From assembly GCA_045578725.1 (NCBI GenBank), contig JAZNKS010000028.1, positions 12,955-76,954 of the forward strand: 64,000 nucleotides of DNA. The letters are read 5' to 3'. A model generated the notes under the pieces. That model did no database searches and was not told the DNA's origin. It worked only from the letters and a program-made list of their open reading frames with translations. This document shows, in pieces, positions 38,672 through 45,831 of the stretch. This stretch comes from Candidatus Flemingiibacterium sp. (lineage in GTDB: Bacteria; Bacillota; Clostridia; Oscillospirales; CAG-272). Made by a program: the position numbers and the translations under genes. Position 1 is the stretch's first letter; each line of letters starts with the position of its first letter.

Positions 38672-39967
38672 TCAATCAATCTTCAGCAGTTCCCATACCG
38701 TATATTTCAGGCCGGAAAAGGTAATATCATGGGTTTCCATATGCCCCTTGATGGTATCGATATCATAAACCTCACCGGAAACGAGGAATTTCCCCTTTCC
38801 CGTGTATTCTATAGTAGAAATGTCATATCCGAGATCGGACAGCACCGTACGTTTTTCTTTTGTGATAAGATCGACCGCCCAAAGCTCGCCGCCCGATTCA
38901 CTCCAGATATATGTCAAGGCATTCCTGGATGTAAAATTGCTCCACTCAATCTTTCCCTGCAGCTCAAACTGTGCCGGAACACAGTACAGGGTATCTTCGA
39001 CAATACACCAATCCGCTCTTGTCGAAATGCCGGAGATCAGCGCTTCCGTTACGCCGCTCCCGTCAAGCCTGGTTCGCATCAGCGTGCAGGTGTTGGCGGC
39101 ATCCAATGCCTCCGGGTATCCCCCGATCGCATATCCGTAGACCTCTCTTCCCTCCGGCTTCGGTTCATCCGGCGTCAGGGAAATCACCTCGCGCTCGTCG
39201 GTGTAATAGACCCATCCGTCATGAATCTCAATTCTCCACAAATTGTTGAGGCCTTCCATGACCACCTCTTCCGAAGCAAAATCATCGGCGGTGCGGCAGA
39301 GCGTTTCCCCGCATCGGTAGTAAACGATGCCGTCTTCATAATGCTCGAAACGGTAGTTGTCAACGAAAGCATTCTCACCGAAGGTACATTGCTCCAGCTC
39401 ACCGCCCGTCAGCGGCGCACGCCAGATGTTGACCGACTGCACATCGGATTCGATCTGCAGCATCACAGAATTGAGTGTGAAATAAACATAGGAATCGGTA
39501 ACGAAAAAGGAATAAAAGCGATCGGCAAAACCGGGAACGGATGTGACAATGTCAACCTTTCCGCTTTGTATATCCAGCGCCAGCAGGTTGGAAACGGATG
39601 CCCAGCCCTGGCTGGGGTCATTGGGGTCAACCATGCTGTTCTCTGTGCGGAAATAGTAAACGGTGCATCCTTTTTGTTTGGGAACAATCGCAACGGTGCC
39701 CCCGGGCGCACCGGAATACGCAATGCATTCCTCTTTGTCATGAGAGCAGAGCGGATCCACGCATCCCACATAGACCGTTTCTTCTTCGTCACCGATTTCG
39801 GTATAGGCCAGATACGCGCCCATATCCGGAATGTTCTGAATCGAATAAATGCGATTTTTCCAGACAACACGCTGCGATGAGGCCGTGCAGTCGGCCAGCG
39901 GTTCGCTTTCCGAACAGGCCGTCAATACCGTCAGAATACCGATCAAAAGAAACAAGAATTTTTTCAT
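38672..39967 (-). CDS. Cys-motif lipoprotein paralog P12
   Basis: MKKFLFLLIGILTVLTAC lipobox. Motif CVDPLCSHDKEEC. Confidence 0.8.
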   Translation of the reverse strand: MKKFLFLLIGILTVLTACSESEPLADCTASSQRVVWKNRIYSIQNIPDMGAYLAYTEIGDEEETVYVGCVDPLCSHDKEECIAYSGAPGGTVAIVPKQKGCTVYYFRTENSMVDPNDPSQGWASVSNLLALDIQSGKVDIVTSVPGFADRFYSFFVTDSYVYFTLNSVMLQIESDVQSVNIWRAPLTGGELEQCTFGENAFVDNYRFEHYEDGIVYYRCGETLCRTADDFASEEVVMEGLNNLWRIEIHDGWVYYTDEREVISLTPDEPKPEGREVYGYAIGGYPEALDAANTCTLMRTRLDGSGVTEALISGISTRADWCIVEDTLYCVPAQFELQGKIEWSNFTSRNALTYIWSESGGELWAVDLITKEKRTVLSDLGYDISTIEYTGKGKFLVSGEVYDIDTIKGHMETHDITFSGLKYTVWELLKID

Positions 39968-39995
39968 ATCTAAATCCCCTCTTTTACAAATTCTA

Positions 39996-42518
39996 TTACC
40001 TCACAAACATCCGTCTTGCCGAAGCCAGCATCGCCGATACCGCAATGCCGGCCACCGACAGCCAGAGAGCCAGCATCGCCCATCCCGAGCCGAACAGCGA
40101 TACCCGGAAGGATTCCAGAACCAGCGGCGTGCCCGCCAGCAGATTGAGGAAGCTGATCTTGTCGGCCGCCGTCATGCCGAAAGCCGCGCAGAGCGCCGGA
40201 AGGAGCGTCATCAGCACCGCACATCCCAGAACCGGGATATACTTGCAGAGCAGCTCGGACAGCGCGCAGACCAGCATCGCCATCAGGAGCGAGGCCGCCA
40301 GCCGCAGGAGCATAAAGATCACCACATAGGTGCCGACCGTCACCGTCTGGGTCAGACTGCCGAACAGCTGCATGGACAGCAGGGGAGCCGACAGGCCGGG
40401 CAGCTCATAATTGACGGCGATGGTGATAAGATCGATCGCGCCGGTCAGAATGCTCAGCACACCGGCGATCACGCCGGACGAAAGAAGCTTGGCGCGGAAG
40501 GTGGAATGCCGTCCGTTCCGGGTCGAGCGCAGGATCTGCGCAAAGCCGCCGGACGAGGATTTGGAGGCATATTCCGCGGCAAAGGAGCCGGTCAGCAGAA
40601 GAAGGATCGCGGTATAGAGGAAGAGATCCGCGCGGCCGGTGAACAGCTTTCTCCAGCCGGTATCGTACAGGAACCAGCCATCCAGCCCCTGCGCTTTCTT
40701 TTCCTCCAGATAGCGGGCATGATTTTCAATCACACCAAGCAGCTCCGAGCGGGAGGAGGCATAGTTGTAATCCGACAGATAATCGCGGTATTCATCAAAA
40801 GAGATCGTTTCCTCGATATACGCCTGCTGCATGGTTTTCTGCTTTGCCAGCGTTTCGTTGATCATCGCCCGCTCATCGGCCAGATACGCCTGCTTTTCTT
40901 CGGTCAGCGGGCCGTAAAGCGTTGTCATGTATTCCTTGTACACCGCATCCGAATAGGAGCGAACAGCCGCATTGGTATCCGTCGAATACCAGACCTTGAC
41001 ACAGAGAATCAGGATCACCACGATGAGGAAACGGGAGGAAATCAGCGTCTTGAAGGTTTCCGCGCCAAAGAGCGAGAGACTGTAGGTGCGGGCCTTCTGA
41101 CGTTTCCGCGGACGGGATACCGCTCCCTCGGCGATATGCGCAAGCCGGCTGCGAAGGACGGCCGCCCGTGTCATAACGGCCGATACGGCGGCATCGATGA
41201 AGGCCGGACGGATCTCACGGCCGCCCTTGACATACAGAATCACACAGATTGCGGCGGATGCGGCCAGCAGGATGCCGAACACGGTCAGCATAAACGGCAC
41301 ATAGCCCCAGACCGCACCGAAGAAATTGATGGCCCGGTAGCGGACAAAGAGCGGATTGACCGCCGATACCGCCACGAAATTGAGATTCTTCAGCGGGCTT
41401 CCGGCGTTGATATACTTCAGCGTGTAAAGCAGATAATTCAGCCCGAACAGACCAAGTCCGCAGAGATAGATCAGGATATAATTGTAGAAAAGGGTGGAAA
41501 GCGCCAGAATCAGCGTCGAGAAGAGCGAGAAGGTCAGAAGCTTCACGCCGACGGTGATGAGGAAATATTCCCCGACGGTGATCTGATAGGGCGAAAGGGT
41601 AAAGGAACCGAGCGCCTGCAGAACGTTGTCGGGCGAAGAGAAGCCGATCCGCATTCCGTAGACCGCCCATGTGGTTCCGATGAACAGAAGCGTGAACAGC
41701 GAGGAGAGCAGAATCATGGTCAGGATCTTCGCCGCGGCGGTCCGTGCCCGTCCGAAGCGGGCGGTGCGGATGATCGGCAGGAAGCCGCTCTGCTTCTCCT
41801 GCGCAAAAATCAGACTTCCCAGCATAATCAGCATGATGAACAGGAAGACATTCACCAGATCGTAGTCGAAATATTCATCCCAGCCGCGGGTGTATTCCAC
41901 CTCGATCTTCACCTGATCCCGGGCCAGCTCGTAAAGCTCGATCACGCGGAGCTGGTATTGGTAGGTATAGGAATCCTCCGGAATTCCCATCGCGGAAAAT
42001 TCCGCCAGATTGGAGCGCGCCCGGTCAATGACCGCCTGAAGCGTTTGGGGATAGCTTTCGGCCGCCTCCACCGTACGGTACAGCTTATCAAACAGCCGGG
42101 TATCGCTGTAGGATTCGTCGGTGGAATAGATGTCGGGCATCGTTTCCATTTCGAAATCGATCTCGCCGTTCCGCATGGCCTCCCGGAAGAGCGCATTCTG
42201 TTCCTCCTGGAATTCCTGCATCTTGGCATAGTATGCATCGTATTCCGCAGGATTCTCAAAATAGGCCGCAAAGAAGTCGGCAATCATCTGTGTCGGCTCT
42301 TGGGCCGCCTGTGTCCGACCGGCCGTATACCAGGCCAGCGCCGAATTCAGAAGCAGCAGGGCCGCCAGAAATACCCACAGATAGCGGATACCGAGCAGTT
42401 TTTTCAGTTCATAGGCAATAAAATGCCGTCGGGTGCGTGCCGTCTGCGGCTCATCCGCCAGTGCCAGCCACTTTTCATCGATATAACCGATGCCTTCATA
42501 CAATCTTTCGCTTTTCAT
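39996..42518 (-). CDS. 840-aa membrane protein: short cytoplasmic N-terminus plus two tandem ABC-2-type permease modules
   Basis: There are two repeats, each with TM1, a roughly 150-aa helical extracytoplasmic loop and five more TM helices. Each has an ABC-2-like motif after the loop (FAQEKQSGFLPIIRTARFGR; FAAEYASKSSSGGFAQILRSTRNGR). The start overlaps the sigma gene stop (ATGA). Confidence 0.8.
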   Translation of the reverse strand: MKSERLYEGIGYIDEKWLALADEPQTARTRRHFIAYELKKLLGIRYLWVFLAALLLLNSALAWYTAGRTQAAQEPTQMIADFFAAYFENPAEYDAYYAKMQEFQEEQNALFREAMRNGEIDFEMETMPDIYSTDESYSDTRLFDKLYRTVEAAESYPQTLQAVIDRARSNLAEFSAMGIPEDSYTYQYQLRVIELYELARDQVKIEVEYTRGWDEYFDYDLVNVFLFIMLIMLGSLIFAQEKQSGFLPIIRTARFGRARTAAAKILTMILLSSLFTLLFIGTTWAVYGMRIGFSSPDNVLQALGSFTLSPYQITVGEYFLITVGVKLLTFSLFSTLILALSTLFYNYILIYLCGLGLFGLNYLLYTLKYINAGSPLKNLNFVAVSAVNPLFVRYRAINFFGAVWGYVPFMLTVFGILLAASAAICVILYVKGGREIRPAFIDAAVSAVMTRAAVLRSRLAHIAEGAVSRPRKRQKARTYSLSLFGAETFKTLISSRFLIVVILILCVKVWYSTDTNAAVRSYSDAVYKEYMTTLYGPLTEEKQAYLADERAMINETLAKQKTMQQAYIEETISFDEYRDYLSDYNYASSRSELLGVIENHARYLEEKKAQGLDGWFLYDTGWRKLFTGRADLFLYTAILLLLTGSFAAEYASKSSSGGFAQILRSTRNGRHSTFRAKLLSSGVIAGVLSILTGAIDLITIAVNYELPGLSAPLLSMQLFGSLTQTVTVGTYVVIFMLLRLAASLLMAMLVCALSELLCKYIPVLGCAVLMTLLPALCAAFGMTAADKISFLNLLAGTPLVLESFRVSLFGSGWAMLALWLSVAGIAVSAMLASARRMFVR

Positions 42519-43054
42519 TCGACGGTAATCCCCCTTTCAAGCAGGAACTTCCGAAGCGCTGTGCGTGTCTTTGCCAGCAGCTTGGATGCCTTGTTTTCTT
42601 TGATTCCAAGCCTTGCGGCAATCTCACCGACCGGCTCCGAATAATAGTAGCGCCGCACAAACAGCTTGACCTGAAGCGGCGGAAGGGTTTCCAAAAACGC
42701 ATCCAGCATCCGCCCCACCTCCGGTGCATCCAGATCCGGCAGCTCCGCCGCCGCGCATTCCTCCAGCTCCACCAGTACCGCCGAGCGCTTGCGGGCGTTC
42801 TCCTTTTCGGCGCGGTTCAGCGCCAGATTGCGGATGATTCTGGATGCATAAGCCTTCAGCGACAGCGGCTTCTGCGGCGGAATGGAATTCCAGAGCCGCA
42901 GACAGGCATCGTTGCAGCATTCCTCCGCCGCCCCGCGATCCCCGGTAATCTCCCGGGCAATCGTCATGCAGAGCGGACGGTATGCCGCCTCGAATTCCCG
43001 GATCGCCCGCTCGTCCCGCTTCCAGAACAGCGCGATGATAGCGCGGTCATCCAT
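42515..43054 (-). CDS. sigma-70-family RNA polymerase sigma factor (ECF size, regions 2 and 4 only)
   Basis: 179 aa. Region 2-like RAIREFEAAYRPLCMTIAREITGDRGAAEECCNDACLRLW. Region 4 HTH reads VGEIAARLGIKENKASKLLAKTRTALRKFL. Confidence 0.85.
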   Translation of the reverse strand: MDDRAIIALFWKRDERAIREFEAAYRPLCMTIAREITGDRGAAEECCNDACLRLWNSIPPQKPLSLKAYASRIIRNLALNRAEKENARKRSAVLVELEECAAAELPDLDAPEVGRMLDAFLETLPPLQVKLFVRRYYYSEPVGEIAARLGIKENKASKLLAKTRTALRKFLLERGITVE

Positions 43055-43084
43055 GATCCACCTCTCCTTTCCCGTATTGACTGT

Positions 43085-44311
43085 TCATTTTTGTGCCGCC
43101 TCCGTATAACGGCTCACCGAGGTTGTTCCGGTGACCGTGTCGATCAGCAGGGTATCCGGCGACACCCGGTATTCCCTGCCCGATTCATAGAAATCATTCT
43201 CCCGCCACTCCATAAAGGCAAGAGCCAGCGTCTCACACCCGTCCCAGACCGCGCTTCCGAGGAAGCAGTCCCGCCCATACAGCGAAAGATCCATCCCGGT
43301 GCGGCAGAGAATCGCCGCGCCGCCGCCGTCATGATCCATCCGACGGATACAGCCGTCGAAGATATCGTAATGCTTTCCTCCGTCATCGGCCACTAAAACC
43401 GGATCACCGGTGATCGCCGTGTAGTAGATCCCGCTGTCGGTGATGATATAGCGGCTGACGGAATCGGATACCAGCTGGGGCTTGCCTCCGGTCAGCTTCA
43501 CCCGCCAGAGGGAAAGATCGCTCAGCCAGAGAGTCGATTCCAGCTGATCCATCTTTGTGCCCCGCTCCCGGTTGAAGGTGGTGTAATAGGCCCAGCCGTC
43601 ATAGGCTTCGCCGTTCATCACATAGAGATTGCCGCCGAAATCCAGTTCCCGGCGATCCTCGCCCACAAGATCGGTGGTGAAGAATTCCTCACGCTCGCCG
43701 GCAATGAAGTTCCAGTAGATCCGGCCGCCGTCGATGGCGTAAATATTCGGATAATCCCCCGTGCTCATGAATTGGCTCTGCACACCGGAATCCGTGTCCA
43801 GCGGAAGCTCGATCACACCGCCGGACGAATCGGCGCGGTACAGGCGGTAGGTATAGAATTCACCGCCGTCATCCTTATTATGATGAGCCTGTGCATACCA
43901 GACCGATTGCCCGTCAGAAGCTTCCAGAAAGATCGGATCATGGGACTCGGCCAGCAGGCGCGAGGATCCGTCCGTCAGATTGTAAGCGATCAGCTCAAAG
44001 TGTTCGCCGATGCCGTTCGTACCGGGCTCGCTGCGGGCAAGAAACATCGTGTCGCCTGCGGCCAGATAGCCGTCCGCGCGGTAAAAGGGGCATCCGGAAT
44101 CCCCGGTGTGCGGGCAGAGCGGATCCACGCAGATGGATGTCGAGAGCCCGGTCGCCGGATTCACCTTGTAGGGCGCGGAGCCGAACTGGGAGATCGAGCC
44201 GTATTCATCCCGGAAAATATACCGTGAGGCGAGGGATTCATGCCCCGCCCCGCCGCATCCGGCAAGGGATGCCGTCAGAAGAACCGCCGTCAGAATCAGC
44301 CGTTTTCGCAT
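43085..44311 (-). CDS. Cys-motif lipoprotein paralog P13 (first gene of the operon)
   Basis: The ATG at 44311 follows GGGAGG and gives MRKRLILTAVLLTASLAGC. Motif CVDPLCPHTGDSGCP. The track start at 44419 adds 36 implausible residues. Confidence 0.8.
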   Translation of the reverse strand: MRKRLILTAVLLTASLAGCGGAGHESLASRYIFRDEYGSISQFGSAPYKVNPATGLSTSICVDPLCPHTGDSGCPFYRADGYLAAGDTMFLARSEPGTNGIGEHFELIAYNLTDGSSRLLAESHDPIFLEASDGQSVWYAQAHHNKDDGGEFYTYRLYRADSSGGVIELPLDTDSGVQSQFMSTGDYPNIYAIDGGRIYWNFIAGEREEFFTTDLVGEDRRELDFGGNLYVMNGEAYDGWAYYTTFNRERGTKMDQLESTLWLSDLSLWRVKLTGGKPQLVSDSVSRYIITDSGIYYTAITGDPVLVADDGGKHYDIFDGCIRRMDHDGGGAAILCRTGMDLSLYGRDCFLGSAVWDGCETLALAFMEWRENDFYESGREYRVSPDTLLIDTVTGTTSVSRYTEAAQK

Positions 44312-44428
44312 TGTTTGCCTCCCACAGAGTAATCGGAGTCGGCACCGCCGTGCCCCTTCATAAAGATAAGACCGGATTTTCGTCAGAATCTGCCATCCGA
44401 ACAGAAAAATATTCCGCATTCTGTTTCA

Positions 44429-44457
44429 ATTATAACACACCCATGCGGTCTTGTCCA
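44429..44457 (-). promoter_or_regulatory. candidate sigma-A type promoter of the lipoprotein-array operon
   Basis: On the minus strand: TGGACA (44457-44452), 17-nt spacer, TATAAT (44434-44429), with an extended -10 reading TGTTATAAT. It lies about 115 nt upstream of the P13 start. Confidence 0.4.
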
Positions 44458-44505
44458 CATCCGACACCGGAAGCGAAATTTATTTATATTTTTTCAAAAA
44501 AGCTA

Positions 44506-44534
44506 TTGACAAACCGATTCCGTTGTGATATAAT
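44506..44534 (+). promoter_or_regulatory. sigma-A type promoter of the tRNA pair
   Basis: TTGACA (44506-44511), 17-nt spacer, TATAAT (44529-44534), with an extended -10 reading TGATATAAT. Confidence 0.6.
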
Positions 44535-44569
44535 ATTTAGGCACCGTGATTCGAGGTGCACAAAACAAT

Positions 44570-44647
44570 GGCGGAGTAGCTCAGCTGGTCTAGAGCAACC
44601 GGTTCATACCCGGTAGGTCATGGGTTCAAATCCAATCTCCGCTACCA
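44570..44647 (+). tRNA. tRNA with CAU anticodon (elongator tRNA-Met; tRNA-Ile2 not excluded)
   Basis: Hand-folded cloverleaf: GGCGGAG-TA-GCTC-AGCTGGTCTA-GAGC-A-ACCGG-TTCATAC-CCGGT-AGGTC-ATGGG-TTCAAAT-CCAAT-CTCCGCT-A-CCA. It has one T-stem mismatch and a G1-U72 pair. CCA is encoded. Confidence 0.85.
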
Positions 44648-44671
44648 ATCTCAGCCAATCGGTTGGGATTC

Positions 44672-44746
44672 GGCCCGTTGGTCAAGCGGTTAAGACACGG
44701 CCCTTTCACGGCTGTAACATGGGTTCGATTCCCGTACGGGTCACCA
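44672..44746 (+). tRNA. tRNA-Glu (UUC)
   Basis: GGCCCGTTGGTCAAGCGGTTAAGACACGGCCCTTTCACGGCTGTAACATGGGTTCGATTCCCGTACGGGTCACCA is nearly identical to the remembered Bacillus tRNA-Glu. The anticodon loop is CTTTCAC. Confidence 0.92.
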
Positions 44747-44750
44747 AAAT

Positions 44751-44784
44751 AAAAACCATCCACAACGTGGATGGTTTTTATTTT
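44751..44784 (+). terminator. rho-independent terminator after tRNA-Glu
   Basis: Stem aaaaaccatccac / gtggatggttttt with a 3-nt loop, followed by ATTTT. Confidence 0.75.
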
Positions 44785-45097
44785 GGTGATTTGCGCATCG
44801 AAACGAACCCTGCGAATGGCCACTGCACAAGCACATCGCACAAATGATATGCCATTCGCCTCGCCCGCTTGAGCGGGCGGTGCGATTCCCCCGTACGGGT
44901 CACCTGCCGCGCAGGTGCTGCGATTCCCCCGTACGGCATTCCACGAACCATCCACAAAGTAGATGGTTTTTTGTTTTGGCGATTTGCGCGTCGAAACGAA
45001 CCCTGCGAATGGCCGCTGCACAAGCACATCGCACAAATGATATGCCATTCGCATCACCTGCCGCGCAGGTGCTGCGATTCCCCCGTACGGGTCACCA
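44785..45097 (+). repeat. 193-bp tandem duplication carrying degenerate tRNA-Glu 3'-end copies
   Basis: Unit 1 (about 44751-44904) and unit 2 (about 44944-45097) align almost base for base (ggYgatttgcgcRtcgaaacgaaccctgcgaatggccRctgcacaagcacatcgcacaaatgatatgccattcgc). There are three copies of tgcgattcccccgtacgg(gtcacc), at 44881-44904, 44919-44936 and 45073-45097. These resemble the real tRNA 3' end gttcgattcccgtacgggtcacca. Confidence 0.8.
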
Positions 45098-45104
45098 TAC
45101 GCAA

Positions 45105-45152
45105 CAAATCCGAACGATTTCGTCAATCGAAAGTGGTTCGGATTTGTTTTTT
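45105..45152 (+). terminator. rho-independent terminator closing the tRNA/repeat region
   Basis: Stem caaatccgaac (45105-45115) / gttcggatttg (45136-45146), followed by T6. Confidence 0.65.
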
Positions 45153-45216
45153 ACTATGATTATATGAATTAAGCGTATGCCCCAGGATGCATAAACTTCC
45201 TGGGGCATTTTTGATC

Positions 45217-45666
45217 TTATTGATCATTGGATGTCAACAAATCTTTTAATTCACTAAAAGTAATGATAGGAAAGGAAATATCTTTGTATCTGGATTCAAA
45301 TAATTTGTTTGTGGTCATATAAGGGATAACCGTATAACCTGTCGAATCCACAATACCAAATGACATGAGTATCTTTTCTGTGTTTCCCTTCATGAAATCA
45401 ATACGTCTCTGGAATTTTTCATCGTCTTTATGCTGGAAGAAAAAACTTTTTTGTTGCATTTGATCCTCGTAAATCGATCCAACCTTTTGTAATACTTTAC
45501 TTTCTATAAGCCAAATTTCCTTTTTAGTTTCATTTATTGCTATAATGTCGTAATCACCCAATTCTTCTGGGTAATCTTCACCTGGGAAGCGTTTGAACAG
45601 TTCGATTTCGGGATAAACAGCATAAACTCCTTGGCCTCTAAACAAGTGAGCAATATCCTGGACCAT
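45217..45666 (-). CDS. hypothetical protein with a PD-(D/E)xK-like nuclease motif, possibly a remnant
   Basis: 149 aa in a low-GC segment. DYDIIAI...IWLIESKV fits a D...E-x-K nuclease core. The RBS is weak and an in-frame TGA lies 5 codons upstream of the ATG. Confidence 0.45.
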   Translation of the reverse strand: MVQDIAHLFRGQGVYAVYPEIELFKRFPGEDYPEELGDYDIIAINETKKEIWLIESKVLQKVGSIYEDQMQQKSFFFQHKDDEKFQRRIDFMKGNTEKILMSFGIVDSTGYTVIPYMTTNKLFESRYKDISFPIITFSELKDLLTSNDQ

Positions 45667-45772
45667 TTCGTCTTCATATCATCTTTACGGATTCAAAACA
45701 AGGGGAATGTTTGTGAATTTTAGGACCATATTTGCATTGTATGGATGCATCCGTAATTTGCAAATAAACAAC

Positions 45773-45815
45773 GACGGACTGCCATATACAATGCTTTTGT
45801 ATATGGCAGTCCGTC
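45773..45815 (-). terminator. rho-independent terminator of the AraC gene
   Basis: An 18-bp perfect stem gacggactgccatataca / tgtatatggcagtccgtc. On the minus strand it is followed by a T-rich tract. Confidence 0.7.
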
Positions 45816-45831
45816 ATCTTTGTTTGCTGCG

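Noticed and set aside
37382-39880. An 832-aa plus-strand ORF, with similar ones at 29873-31426, 33766-35385, 35943-37403 and 26607-27671.
   Set aside because: All are antisense to lipoprotein paralogs that have signal peptides, RBSs and a conserved motif. The plus-strand translations are compositionally biased and unrelated to one another, even though they overlie paralogous genes.
39849-42644. A 931-aa plus-strand ORF, the longest in the track.
   Set aside because: It is exactly antisense to the 840-aa permease and the sigma gene. Its translation is an Arg/Gly/His/Gln-rich low-complexity string with no RBS or recognisable motif. This is a typical shadow ORF of a high-GC gene. The minus-strand product has clear TM and ABC-2 features.
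24407-44311. The Cys motif considered as a c-type haem-binding site (CXnCH).
   Set aside because: The His is separated from the second Cys by one residue (C-x4-C-x-H), whereas haem attachment motifs require CH to be adjacent. P4 lacks the His altogether.
44785-45097. The 193-bp duplication considered as a CRISPR array or an IS element.
   Set aside because: There are only two long units with no spacer architecture. There are no terminal inverted repeats bracketing a transposase ORF.
44626-45167. ORFs of 166, 107, 96 and 83 aa over the tRNA and repeat region, showing repeated GDPYGGIA peptides.
   Set aside because: They read through tRNA-Glu and its degenerate 3'-end copies. The repeated peptide is just a translation of the repeated DNA. 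The region is non-coding.
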